64,000 nt of DNA from Macrostomum hystrix (Eukaryota; Animalia; Platyhelminthes), in the NCBI GenBank assembly GCA_950097015.1, contig CATNEN010000039.1, positions 6,448,001 through 6,512,000 of the forward strand, in the 5' to 3' direction. This document shows, one piece after another, positions 1 through 13,800 of this stretch. Numbering within the stretch: position 1 is the first letter of the stretch; every line of letters begins with the position of its first letter. The translations under genes were made by a program, and so were the position numbers. A model generated the notes under the pieces. The model ran no database searches and had not been told where the DNA came from. It was given only the letters and a program-made list of their open reading frames with translations.

Positions 1-1175
1 CGCAGCTTTCGTAGTCTTGTCGTGCTTCTCCGATCTGGCACAGGCACCCAGTAAGGTGGCGATGTCGTCTGCATTGTCGCGCTGCTTTCCAGTGCGCCGA
101 GTGTAAGCCACGAACAATTGGAAGAGGTCCGAGTGCAGGCGGTCCTGCTCCGGTATGACCTTGTCCACGTACTCTTTGGTGGGTAGCGTGCTAGATCCAA
201 AGATTTAGAGAGTAGGGATAATTTTGCATGAGCACGTACATGTAAAAATCTTTGAGGTATTTAAGTGAAACATTTCGGCCTAAAATATTTACAAAAAATC
301 ACTCCACTACTTTAAGTAAAAAACTTGTGATCTCTAAACCTTCACACTCAAAAACTTATGAATATTATAATATTACACTTGGGTCTCAAAAACTGGGTGA
401 CTGAAATAAAAATTTATTTCTCTGTAACAGTTATTAAAATTTACGAGAAAAAACACAACCGCAGTTAGTAATTTTATTAACTATAAATTATAGATAATAA
501 TAGGTTATTGAAAAGCATACTATCGGTTTGCAATTCCTAGATACTCATATCTATGTCCTTATATTTGGTATAATATCTACTTTACTATTTACTACTTGCA
601 AACATCTATATAAGTATATATAAAGTACTAAAAGACTGTTGCCACAATTTTAGATTTTTAAATCGCTCGTCACCTAAACAATTTAGGTGGAATCTAGGCA
701 CTGCGAGATTAATAAACAATCAATAATATTTATTAGTTACTTAAAAAGTGTATAAAATATTAGAGTCAATACTTCCAAAGTGTAATTTCTGTTAAGCACA
801 CCTCAGTGACTGAGTCGTATTTGATATAAAATATTGTATAATTGCACTTTAGGTTTACTTTACAACAGCTGGTTTATAAGCTAGTTCATTTTAAAATTTA
901 TGAACAAGAAACAAAACATTTTATGGTTTATTATTGTATTGGAGAACACTTTAAAGGATAAAACGCACTGTTGCCAACAATACTATATTATAAAAAGCAC
1001 CGATTTTACTCGATATTTTTATAGTAACTTAGAACTAAACTAAAGCATAATTTTACTTTTTTTATCAATGTAAATGTGACGAATTCATGACACCAATGAT
1101 TTACTATATATACATACACACAAACTAAAGAATGTCTGAATAAAAAAATATTTTTAAATACCTCGCACGTGCCAT
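1..1175 (-). CDS. Unknown protein, 5' part only (continues beyond the left edge)
   Basis: Exons 1175-1162 (ATG GCA CGT GCG AG|gt) and 190-1 (tag|C ACG CTA...) splice in phase. Product: MARASTLPTKEYVDKVIPEQDRLHSDLFQLFVAYTRRTGKQRDNADDIATLLGACARSEKHDKTTKAA. GC-rich open frame in an AT-rich background; no family recognised. Confidence 0.5.
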
Positions 1176-2873
1176 TTCGAGACTCGGCAAGGCTGTAGTA
1201 GCCAATAGGCGGTATAAGCCGAATGTTGAGATAAAAACGTTACTAACCAGAAACCAAAATGCTAATAAAAGTCAATGTTATAGTTGTATATTTCTTTCGC
1301 CGTAATATTAAAAGAAAAATTTTTTATTTTTTGTTTTTTATAAATTTACATTATACTGCATTTTGTGAATCGTATTTGCAAAGTGTTTTAATTTGTTTTA
1401 TCTAATTAACAACGGAACAACTAAATTACTTATACAAATTAGCTTAATTAAATAAAGCTAAATAACTCTTTAATTAAACGAAATAAATATATTGTACATT
1501 GCTACCTAATTTGGAGACAACAATATTTATTTCTATTGTTCGTTTCAGAAAATTGGGTCTGTTATGCAACAAAAAATCATTCGACTCGTGATTCAGATAA
1601 TGCAACAGAATTACACTATTTTTGTCGGTATTGCCCTAAGCGTAGCGATTCAGAATAGATCGAAAACGAGAGAATAGCTGGATTCTTCAATTGTAGATGA
1701 ATAACGACGGAGAATCATGCGGTTTAGCTACTTGAACTAAATCAGAGTGTATTTAATAAATTAATATATATATTAAATTAATGTTACACGCAGTTACTAC
1801 AATATATAATATGGTCTTTGAACTATAAAATAGGTCACAACGATGCGAAGGAAAATTTCTGAGGAAAAATTAAGACAACAAGTTACCTACTGCACTAAAG
1901 GTAGATCAACATAGATATAATATATGCTTATGCTTATTAATAATATCGCGAGAACTCAAATACTTTGCTCTTAGTTCAATAAGGACATGCTGGTGCACGC
2001 CGCATCTCTAATAACCGAAAATGAAAAAATAAAAAGCAATGCAGCAGTAAGCGCGTCTGAGCTGCGCTTTGTTTTAATTTGACAATCAATTCGCATTTGC
2101 ATAATTAGCCAAGGGAAAACAAGGCTGCAAATTCACGATAAAATCTGATCAATTTGTGCCTCAATCAATTCGACAAGAATTAAATAATAAAAGATTTGAA
2201 TTCAAGCAGAATAGAACTGAATAAAGTAGAGAGAAAAAGAATTCTGGAATCCATAGAGAAATTAATCACCTGGAAAATGGTACGTTTGTTGCATAATGGC
2301 GCACAAATTAACTCGATCTTAGTGCCGCTAATACCGTACGTCTCAGTTAGCTCGTATATCAATTAGTGACCCTAACAAATCTATCAATTTATAGCCTGTT
2401 TTGCTAACGTGTAGGCGAAGCTTATGACAGGATAGTTATTAAAGGAAACAGTGGGTTGCAAAATAACTAAGAATAGGACAACACTGAGAACCAAAAGTAA
2501 CAACAACAACAACAAACTGTGTGGATAAAGAATGGGATTATAAAATAGAGCAAACGGACATTGGGTGTCACAAGCGTGGACTAAACTATTACGGAGGTAA
2601 CGGGGTGGAGCGATCTTAGCCTGACTAAATAATACGAGTAATTATTATGTCCAAAGTTTGTCGCCTTGCTTTTGTGATTTTAAATTCATCAATCAATATA
2701 GCGACGATAGACATGTGCAAGCTGAAATCTGACCTGTCTCTATCTAGAATATAATTTATTTCTATTTCAGTTAACAACAATAGGTCAGATTTCTAGCTTC
2801 AGGATGTCCTCCAAAGTACTTTTCCCAACCAAAGTCTGTCATTTCACCATAGACTAAGCAATGCTAGTCCCTT

Positions 2874-5800
2874 TCACACTGACAAGATCAGGGCCACAAT
2901 GAAGCCATAGAGACCGAGCACTTCGGCGAAGATCAGGATGAGGATCATGCCGACAAACAGGCGCGGCTGCTGGGCGGTGCCGCGGACGCCGGCGTCGCCA
3001 ACGATGCCGATGGCATAGCCGGAGGCCAGGCCGCTGAGGCCCACAGCCAGGCCGGCGCCAAGGTGACGCAAGGATTTCTCAACAGTGTAGTCAGGTGTCA
3101 TGTTCTGGGAGATGAGAACAGCAACCACCAGGCCGTAGATGGCGATGATACCGGCCATGACAACTGGCACAACAGATTTCATGATGAGCTCGGGTCGCAG
3201 GACGGCCATGTTGGCAATGCCGGTGCCAGATTTTGCTGTACCATAGGCGGCACCCAGGGCTGTCAGGTGTGACATATAGAAAGGATATTACTGAATTATA
3301 GATGCAATTAAAATGTACAAAACAATGCTTTGCAATTAAGTTAAAAATGTTTATAGTTCTAATTTCCTACTTTAATCAGTAAATTCTTTACAAAAAATAA
3401 AAAATGTTCATTCTCAAAATGAAGTAACAGACTTGAATACTTCATCATACCTACGAGCATACTTATCACCAACTGACTTAAACAATACATGTGGTAATTA
3501 ACTATTAGGTTCACTCTAATAAGACAGCTACAAATGACAGCTGAGTGACAGTGTGGTTAACATGCTAGCCTCACATTTCTAAGCTTGATTCAGCACAAAG
3601 AGAAAGTTTGGGGTTTGTTGTACAGTCCTTGAGGGCTAACCTCGAATGACAAGTAAGTGTACACTGTCTAACAATGAAAATGTCTGGGCAGATGTGCAAC
3701 ATGTGTTATTTACAGTAGATATATGTGCATGTGAGCATAGGAATCAGCAGAATGGGTAGAATTGCTTCCTGGCTGGCTAAAGTTCTACAGTAACAAAAGA
3801 TTAGCTTCAATTCAGTCACTTTGATAGTCCAATTTACTTCATAGCCAATTGTGATTCAAGGTCCCCTTTAAGTTCAGTAAAACAAAAAGACATTTTTCAT
3901 TAACATCCACTAACAATATGAAATTCTGTATTAAAAACACAGCGATTTTTGCAATTAGTAACATCCTTTTTCCAACAAAGTACCAGAGGACCGGGGATTT
4001 TTAACACATCATATGTAATGTGCTAACAATTATACATTGACACAGAAAAGCTTCAAAAACCATCATAACCTCATGTACTGTTTTGGTTTAACCATCATAA
4101 TAAAGCAGAAAAAAATAAAAGAAAAATTATTATAAAGTTTTGAACACTTTTTATTTTAAGGACACTAATTTGCTTTTACAAATGCGATCAACTTAACTGA
4201 ACAACTTGCATTTATTTTTTGCAAGTGAGCTGCAAGCATCAATCATAGAAAAAATCATCAAAACAATATAATATCTTGTGTTCTACACACATTGCATAAT
4301 ACTTTTGGAAACGTTTTGAAATATCTACAACTTTAAATTTTGGTTTAAACATTTTTTCAAACCCACTTACTGGTTTTTTAACACTAGTCATACTATATTG
4401 TTCTACCCACCCTACAGTAGTTATGACTAATCATATATAGATTCCCATGCCTTTATTGAAGCTAAGGCTTATTTATTATTCTCCTCAATATAATTGAGGT
4501 GTGAGAACTATAATCCAAGATTTACCCTACCTGATCCCATTGATTCCCTATGTATTGTAAAGTGTGGTCATCCTATGATATAAAAGCATGTTAATAGAAA
4601 GAGGATATAGATAAAACAAAGTATGTACTTTTTAAACTTAGCACCCCTAAAATTGCCAACAGAAAGATTTATGAATGAAAACTATTTTATAGGATTTAAG
4701 CTTTTGAAGTCCTAAGATTTGTCTAAATAAAAAAATATGCTTTGATAAAAAAATGTATATTAGAACTTTTACTGATTTTACCATATAAGCCAATTTAGGC
4801 CAATCTATTAAACAAACAAGCAATTAACATGCACAGAAACAAACAATTAAAATATATTATTTTTAGCCATTGACATATTTGTCAGTTAGATTCCAAGCAA
4901 AAGTAACAAAATATAGATTTTTCAGCAATCTTTTAGTTTCGCACATTTAATTATTTTAAAGCATTTTTAATTATTTTTAACAAAGCAATCATGGCTGGAC
5001 GCCCTGCAGCACCAACAACTATCATTCTATCAACAACTATCAACAACTATCAGACCTACAACCTGCTGCTGATCTGTGCAACCTGAAACCCTTGATGCGT
5101 GAGTTAAGTGCAATTATGGCTACGAATGATACGATGATCTGCTGGCTGGCCACGTACCACCTGCAGGCCAATGAATGTCGCTGTGCCAATTGTCCTGGGC
5201 TGCCACCCACGCAACACCTTTGGGAACATCCTTTTCTGGGTGGCGCACTATTATGCCATCTGAGTAACATTAAATTGCATGTTACATTAACAGTAACATG
5301 CAATTGACTCATAGACACTGTCAGTCATCTGTTCATTGGTTGTTAGTCACATTGTTTCTTGGTTGTTATACAAAACTGTTGTTAACTGTTGTTTTAAAAA
5401 CAGTTTGAATTAAACATGCGAAACTAGAAGATTGCCTAGCTAGAATTCTAGAACTAACTTAGCTGGGGTAGGCCCTACTCAATCAGGGAAATTAATACTA
5501 ACAAAATGATTTTTCACTTTTGTTTGCTTTCAGGTGTGTTTTGTCCTTCTGCATTAGGGTAATGTATCATCAACCAAACAGTGTATCTTCAAAACCGAAC
5601 AAGAATTTTAACTCCTTCCTTAGTCTCATATAAGATAGAAACAAGCTATTGTGTTTCACAGAACAACTAATTTAAAAGTCAAAGAAATTATCTATAAGCT
5701 GAGGCATGACATGCAATGAAGCATTAAAAGGAAGGAAAGATATGGACATTTCAGTAGAAATTTGTATCACAAAAGCATACTTTTTAACAACATTTTATTA

Positions 5801-6778
5801 GCATGTACTTTAGACTAAGATTGTATGTGGTTGCTTTCCAATTAAATGACCATAAATGTAGTTATTTATAGAGCATGAAAAATGCTATCAAATGACATAA
5901 TTCATGATAGTTCACTCCTTAAAATAAGATTAAACCACTCACTCAAATTGTAAAACCGAACATCAAATTCTCCGTTTAGTTTGAAGATATATGAAAATCA
6001 TTGTTCAGTTTTAGATGAAAAAAGATGAAAAACATGAAAAACTTTTTTCCTATTTCACAAAATAGCAAAAGCATATACTTTCTAGAAAGTTATAAATGTT
6101 TTCTATTACTTGGCTTTTGATTTATAATCATATCTTAAATAGAAAATCTGTAGCTTAGGTTCGAAGTTAAAAAAATCCATATTCTTGTTTGGTTGATGAT
6201 TACATTACCCTACACAATTTTTTTTGTCTGAACAGTTGTGCCCCCCAAGGGGGGCTTAGTGTGCTAGTTTTTTTACTAAGATGTGAACTTAGGGGCCCCT
6301 ATTAAACTTAAAGTAAGTTTACAAGCATATTTACTTTCATTTCTTATTAGGCCCCCTACCCAGTATAGGAACAAAATTATACAAAACAAACTGTCAGTGT
6401 CAGCTGATTGTTAAGCCCTAGCACAAGAGATTTTACTTTTAGAGCCTAGGCAACAAATGCAATTAGTAGGCCCAGTTCTATGCCTAGCTAGAAACTATTA
6501 TAAAAAAGTCCTAAAAGTCCTAAACTTTATTATACTAAAAGTCCAAGTCGATGTATACTGAATAAAAATGTTATGACTAAAAGTAGCCGAATAAGAGTTT
6601 TGTATTTTCTTCATAGCTGTTACAAAGTAGGTCTAATAATCAAGTTCCTAATAAAATAATGAGCAAGGACATCGATGATAGCTATACATCCGTTGGTCAA
6701 CTTACCACAAAATACCATGGCGGCAGAGGCCCCCATGACACCAAAGAAAGGGGTGTACAGTGGATCATTGATCGGCAT
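2874..6778 (-). CDS. ATP6V0C: V-type H+-ATPase 16 kDa proteolipid subunit c (2 coding exons, ~152 aa)
   Basis: Exon 1 6778-6706 [25 protein letters not shown]|gtaag. Exon 2 3259-2874 cag|[17 protein letters not shown]...[23 protein letters not shown] with the proton-binding Glu. The phase-1 junction is consistent. Confidence 0.97.
3543..3778 (+). mobile_element. Degenerate copy of tRNA-derived SINE family B (in the ATP6V0C intron)
   Basis: Collinear matches to the 26405-26760 copy: gagtgac..tggttaaca head, cttgagggctaacctc, agtgtacactg, gggcagatgt, aggaatcagcagaatgggtagaattgcttcct. Confidence 0.65.
4925..5435. mobile_element. Putative MITE (non-autonomous DNA transposon) with 28-bp terminal inverted repeats
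   Basis: Left gcaatcttttagtttcgcacatttaatt (4925-4952) matches the reverse complement of 5408-5435 (gcaatcttctagtttcgcatgtttaatt) at 25/28. Subterminal caacaact and tgttg motifs are in opposite orientation. No clean TSD. Confidence 0.55.
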
Positions 6779-7224
6779 TTTAATCTGTTTTACTTCTTAT
6801 CAAATAGACTACAGCAATACAGGCACTTATCGACTTATTTGGTCAGTTGTCTTTATTGGTAGGGCCAACTGCAACTTTGCGCTGTATTATTTATTAGCGA
6901 GAAGAAAACGCGTTTCGCTTACGCATTTAAGCGTTTGAGTTACAATACAAAAAGCCGGAATGTGGAGCCCGCACAGAAGTGCACGAACTCTACTTTTAAA
7001 CCTCATCTTTTACATCCCAGACAGATACCCTTTTTTCTAACGCAGCATTATTTTATGTGTAGCAGATGCCTAAATAGTGTTAAAATGAAATTTAAACACT
7101 TATTCGATTTGACATCAATTTAGTGAATTTAGTGAATTTAGCACCATTAATAGCTATTGACTATTGTATGGCTGTTGTAATATAAGTTAGCTAGAGTTTG
7201 TATAATTAAGTGATCTACTTAAGT

Positions 7225-8620
7225 AGTCCTTTGCCTACACGCGAGGAAGAGGAGGCCCTGGAAACTTTTTACGTGTAGCGGAAGCAAGCCGCCGTGGACG
7301 ATCAGATATCATGAAGACCGTTGTCTGCCGCTAGCTGGGCCCGACGCTTATGATCAACTGGCCTGGTCCACCATCAACGCTCTGACAGGGCGAAAACGGC
7401 GCCCCCACTTGAACTTGCCTTGCCTCCGGACGAGTAACGCAACAAGCTGCGCCAGTTCTTGGCCGCAGACTGACAACGTGCCGCCACCCTCGCTGCCCGA
7501 GAAGATGAGACTGCTACCTTAGACGCCGCTAACGGCGACAGAGAGCTTTTGCGTGTCACTGGTCAGCAAAAGACGATGTTGTACTGCTAGCCCAAATGCA
7601 TCGGGCGGCATTGGGTCTGGATGAGGTGCCCATCAAAGCGCTGCGGCTCCAAAGCGTGGCCACTGCAAGGTCGCCCGAGTGATAAATCATATGCTTTTCG
7701 TTGAAGCGCCACCTAAGGACTGGACCATGGCGCACATTATCGCCATTCCTAAGAAGTCTGGCACCACAAGGCTGAAGGAGCACCGAGGCATCTGCCTGCA
7801 GTCCTGCGCAACGAGCTGTTTAAGCGCGGATGCTGCTATCCCGGTTGCAGCCCGTGCTGGATGCGTCCTCCGGAGTGCTCAGGGGGACACACTGTCGCCG
7901 TTTTTGTTCGTTGTGGTGCTCAACTGCATGGGTGCTTCGCTCTGCCCTGCCGACTAATGACGAATGTTTTCTGATGCGGCGACGCGTGTGACGACGCCAA
8001 CCGGAGAGACTGCTTAACGTCTTTAGCTACGCCGAAGATCTCGCCGTGCTGCCCTAGACTGTTGAGGGCGCCCAGCGACAGATGGCCTGGTGGTCAACAC
8101 GCAAAAGACGTCGGGCTCTGCTTGCTGGGCGACACGCAAAGTAGCAATATTCCGCCGAGGCGCTGACGTCCAGGTGACGGAACTCCTTCGCTGTCATCAG
8201 TTCACCTTACCTCGGCGGTAAGGTATTCCCGGACGTCCGCGACGCCGCTGCGGTCTTGCCTGCATGGGCGGCAGCATTTCGTTCTCTGAGGGTTATCCTT
8301 CAGCGCCAGAGGGCGGCGACGATCCAGGCGGTGGTCGAGACCGTCCTGCTTTACATTGACCCTGATGGAAGTCGATGCAGCACAAGCTGGCCTGTTTGAT
8401 GAGCACGTCACCAACACGGCAATTTATAGCCGCGCCGGCCTGACCTGCATAAGCAACCTGCTGCGCCGTCGGCGACTACAACTGGCAGGCCACCTGATCC
8501 GCGCTTTTATTCGCGATATCAGGATCGTATCAGGAATGCCCGCGGACATCGCCGGGGGCCTTGCCTGTGTGCGGGCCCAAGCCTTGAAACATGCCTTGTG
8601 AAGCCTGACTTTAACTCTGG
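7225..8620 (+). mobile_element. Decayed non-LTR retrotransposon (RTE-like reverse transcriptase remnants)
   Basis: Frameshifted RT motifs in order: PPKDWTMAHIIAIPKK...HRGICLQSC, QGDTLSPFLFVVVL, FSYAEDLAVL (degenerate YADD), GLVVNTQKT, AVVETVLLY, LLRRRRLQLAGHLIR. Confidence 0.85.
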
Positions 8621-10292
8621 CGTATATTAATTGTAGTTGTGGTGGCATGGGGTTCGTTTTAATTAAGTGATAGACAGTCCAGCTTCGATCTCTCCCACTA
8701 AATGTGCTTGAAACATGTGCGAATCGATGCATAATAATTAATACTTAACCCAAGTGCCTCACCGGGAGACCACGTCTGTACTATAGCTACAATATAGTTT
8801 TTAAGGCGCAATCTATAGTAAGTCCTTATATAATTGACCAATCTATCAGTTACAGAGTTTTTACAGATGATATTTATACTCCCCTCCCTATATCACCTGT
8901 CAAAAATATAAACGCTAGCGAAGACATATTCCTCCAAAAATGTAGTGTAAAAAATATATTTCACTTGGTCACATCGTCAGGTGGCCCATTAGAAACCTGC
9001 TCCATAGGTGGCCAGTTATTTCTGTATTTCATGTTGTACCCAATTTGATTTGGCTCGTGCGCACTTGCTGTCAAATTTCAAGTCCATAGAAACCTTCCGA
9101 TTATAACAAAAATGGACGCTCAATTCAGGAATATCGACCGGTGATAATTAATACTCTCTAACTGCATTCACCAGGACAAACAGTACTTAATTGTAGAATG
9201 AGAAAAGCGGGACACAAGAATTAGCAGACGAAATTAAACTTACACAGCATTAAAATTTGAACACTTTGATAAAGTGCGAGCTAGTTAACGATTTTAGATT
9301 ATAACAAAGCAAAATGAGGACACGCAATCGAATGATGTGAAAATGGACAGCTTTGCATCTTTTCTTGGTGCTGTACTTTTGTTAACTTTTGTTAACTGCA
9401 TGCATGATCTTCAAAAATCGTAAATGACGATAAATATTTTGACAGAAGTGAAAATCTTTTTCGATTGACCAGCAATGCGCGTCGAATGAAAAATAGAAAC
9501 AAATGTTGATAAAGCAATCAGGTGACTACATATCAGTTCAAAACACATTAGCCAAGCAAATTTCTAAGAAAACGTATATCTACTTGACGAAGAAAAATTA
9601 GAAAATTTAATTTTCTTAATATGAAAACGACAAAACAGTAAGTTTTATAACTAAAAACCCATTGGAATGCAAATAAAAGTTAGGATTTGAACTTTTGCAA
9701 CTCTATGTGTGTACTGAAGTACTTGTAACTTGGTTTAAATAATCTAAAGCAAGCACGACTTAGCAAATGATGTCACTGTATGCACAGCAATCCTCGATGT
9801 GAAATCTAGCGCAGTCAAATTGCTTTGTGTAACAATGAGCATTTTGCAAATTCGAGATTCAAAAGGACATCGGATGGGCCAAACTACAAATAGAAAAAAA
9901 TACCAGATGACAGATTTGGGAAAATGAGGTAAAGCATATCGAGTCGCCATGATAGCTGACAATGAAAGAGCGAGTAAGGCCACGGGTGAGCAAGCAATAA
10001 GCAAATAAGAAGACTTGAAATTTACACTGGAAAACACGTTTCTCCTAAGGAAAATTAAGGCCAAATAACGATTTGCAAGACTTGTTGCCTTATTGCAGAT
10101 TATTGACATTGTTTGTAGGGCTTGAGTTCTAACAGTTTCACTGCTACTGAATGCATTTTATGTAGATAATTTATTTGCGATGATAAGGCACTTATTATAC
10201 TGTATTTTCCTTCTAATTCACGTCTAACAAGGAAAAAATGTGAACTCTGACCTCTTTAATTGTCAATGTTCGGTCTCTTAGTCTAGATCGAA

Positions 10293-10851
10293 GGTCAAGA
10301 TTAGAAACCTGGGTCAAGATTAGAAATCTGGGTCAATGATTAGAAATCTGAGTCAAGATTAGAAATCTGGGTCAAGATTAGAAATCTGAGTCAAGATTAG
10401 AAATCTGGGTCAATGATTAGAAATCTGAGTCAAGATTAGAAATCTGGGTCAAGATTAGAAATCTGGGTCAAGATTAGAAATCTGAGTCAAGATTAGAAAT
10501 CTGAGTCGAGATAAGAAATCTGTGTCAAGATTAGAAATCTGGGTCAAGATTAGAAATCTGGGTCAATATTAGAAATCTGTGTCAAGATTAGAAATCTGGG
10601 TCAAGATTAGAAATCTGGGTCAAGATTAGAAATCTGAGTCAAGATTAGAAATCTGTGTCAAGATTAAAAATCTGGGTCAAGATTAGAAATCTGGGTCAAG
10701 ATTAGAAATCTGAGTCAAGATTAGAAATCTGGGTCAAGATTAGAAATCTGGGTCAAGATTAGAAATCTGAGTCAAGATTAGAAATCTGGGTCAAGATTAG
10801 AAATCTGGGTCAAGATTAGAAATCTGAGTCAAGATTAGAAACCTGGGTCAA
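10293..10851. repeat. 19-bp minisatellite (gtcaagattagaaatctgg)n
   Basis: About 29 tandem units ending 2-3 nt from the stop codon of the syndecan-like gene. Confidence 0.95.
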
Positions 10852-10853
10852 GG

Positions 10854-13800
10854 CTAGGCAAAGTACTCTTCATGCGTGGAGGCCTTGGTGTAGATGACTT
10901 TGCCGCCAGCAGCTCCGTTGGAGCCGTTGACAGGGCCGGGCGCAGCTGGCCCGCCGCTGGTCTTGTAGGAGCCGCCTCTAGCTTTGCGAGCCCTGTAAAC
11001 AAAGAACATGACGATCAGGGCGGCGATTAGCAGGCAGCCGACTCCGCCGGCGATGGCCGCAGCCAGAATGCCTGGGGAGCTGAATAGACTCGCCGCTGAA
11101 AGCTGCTGCGGCTGCTGCTGTTGCTGATCGTCAGTCTGCTGCTTATTGAGCCGCAACTGGTTATCTATTTTGTTATCTGCGATGTAAAATGCAAATTTAA
11201 TTATATAAAGTCAGTTTTTGTTACTTTCAGTAGCATATTATGTTTAAAAAAGCTAAAAATTTGAATAAAATAACTGACAAGTTGGACTCACCGTTTGAAT
11301 TTATGTCTCCAGCTCTTGCGTTACTGCCCTGTAAATAGAAAAAACAGATGTTGCCCTGGTATTGAAAATGTTACCTTTAAACAAAGGCTAGTGCACATTG
11401 GATTGAGCACTTACGTGAGCACCGTTTGGCGAGTTGGAATCTGTTGCGTCACCCGGATTTGGTTTTGTAGTGCCTGAAAGAAATAATGATGGGTTTAAAG
11501 TTAACGATTGGTTAAATCGAACTATACATGCGTACAATGTGACTGGTGTGAGTCTCTGCGGGTACAATGTGACTGGAGTGAGTCTCTGAGGGTACAATGT
11601 GACTGGTGTGAGTCTCTGCGGGTACAATGTGACTGGAGTGAGTCTCTGAGGGTACAATGTGACTGGAGTGAGTCTCTGAGGGTACAATGTGACTGGAGTG
11701 AGTCTCTGAGGGTACAATGTGACTGGAGTGAGTCTCTGAGGGTACAATGTGACTGGAGTGAGTCTCTGCGGGTACAATGTGACTGGAGTGAGTCTCTGAG
11801 GGTACAATGTGACTGGAGTGAGTCTCTGAGGGTACAATGTGACTGGAGTGAGTCTCTGAGGGTACAATGTGACCGGTGTGAGTCCCTGAGGGTACAATGT
11901 GACTGGAGTGAGTCCCTGAGGGTACAATGTGACTGGAGTGAGTCCCTGAGGGTACAATGTGACTGGAGTGAGTCCCTGAGGGTACAATGTGACTGGTGTG
12001 AGTCTCTGAGGGTACAATGTGACTGGAGTGAGTCTCTGAGGGTACAATGTGACTGGTGTGAGTCTATTTGAGACGGTTTGTTGAGGGTTCAGTGGACACA
12101 GTTGTAAGCAGGTGATCACGCATCAGCCCACCTTCGCGCCTGAAGGAATAGTGCCTGGGTGCCACCTCCATGCCAGCGAATTGGCGACTAGCGACTCGAT
12201 TGTCCAGCAGCTGCTTCAGCTCTTGAACGTCCTTCCTCAGGCTCAACGGATGTCCGATGGAAGTCAGGCGGACGTCAGCAATGACGGAACCGGACCTGTT
12301 CGAGTGTGGATTGATGAATATTTTTTACTCAGAATTTTAATTTAGGCGCATTTTCCTAATTACGCTACTAACAGTAGGCTACAGAGAACTCAGGCATAAT
12401 TAAACTGCAGCTCATCCTACTGCGGTCGGAGTAAAATTACAAAAGTTGTAAGGGCTCAAAGCCTTGTGGAAACCGGAGACGGCCCCGCGACTGACGGATG
12501 AGGCAGGCCAGCTTCCCTCCGGTCCGCCTTAGAGAAGCCGAAGCCTCTTACACAAAAATATAATATACGGGCGGCCAAGGCAGCCGCGCAGGAACAGTAA
12601 CGTTGATTGAAAGCATTATTTCTTTTCAATTTAAGCTGCCTTCATATTGTATTTGAGTTATTATGTGCTGCTGAATCTGAATTTGAATAAAGTAGCACCG
12701 TGGATACCATGTAGTACGAAGTACATGGACAGGTTTTATGCGCAAATGACTCGCCTATTCGCATCACTGCACTCTCATTGGGCTACTGGGCTGTTGTTAA
12801 CAAGGGCATTAGGGAATGCGATAGGCGAGGGGAGGTGAACAGATAAGAAGCTGGGAGCGGGGGAAAAGGTGAGAAGAGGGAGAGGGAGAGAAGAGAGAGA
12901 GAGAGGAGACAGAGGAGAGGGAGAGAAAAGAGAGAGGGAGAGAGGAGACAGAGGAGAGGGAGAGAAGAGAGAGACGGAGAGAGGAGGGAGAGAAGAGGGA
13001 GAGAAGAGAGAGAGGGAGAGAGGAGGGAGAGGAGAGGGAGAGAAGAGGGAGAGGGAGAGAGGAGGGAGAGAAGAGGGAGAGAAGAGGGAGAGGGAGAGAG
13101 GAGGGAGAGGAGAGGGAGAGGAGAGGGAGAGAAGAGAGAGAGAGAGGAGACAGAGGAGAGGGAGAGAAAAGAGAGAGGGAGAGAGGAGACAGAGGAGAGG
13201 GAGAGAAGAGAGAGACGGAGAGAGGAGGGAGAGAAGAGGGAGAGAAGAGAGAGAGGGAGAGAGGAGGGAGAGCAGAGGGAGAGAAGAGGGAGAGAGGAGG
13301 GAGAGGAGAGGGAGAGGAGAGGGAGAGAAGAGGGAGAGAAGAGGAAGAGAGGAGAGGGAGAGAAGAGGGAGAGGAGAGGGAGAGAAGAGAGAGAGGAGAG
13401 GGAGAGAAGAGAGAGAGGAGAGGGAGAGAGGAGAGAGAGGGAGAGAGGAGAGAGAGGAGAGGGAGAGAAGAGAGAGAGGGAGAGAGGAGGTAGAGAGAAG
13501 AGAGAGAGAGGGATGAGGGAGTGTGAAAGTGAAAGGGAACAGGTGATGGAGCTGGTAGGGCAGCAGAAAATGAGTTGGGAGAATGGGAGAGAGTTGTAAA
13601 AAAACGGACGACATCCAATCTTGCAGCCAAATTGAATTGCGCCAAATCGCGTGCCGCCATCTCGGGACCGGGCCAGGCGGGCAATGTCGTGAATAAATTA
13701 GCTGGCAGTGCCTCAACTGGCACAACAATAATATTTCTGTTGGACTGTTGCCATCCAGATGCTCAATCCATCAGATTTCCTCTTGTAAGGCCGCTCAGTG

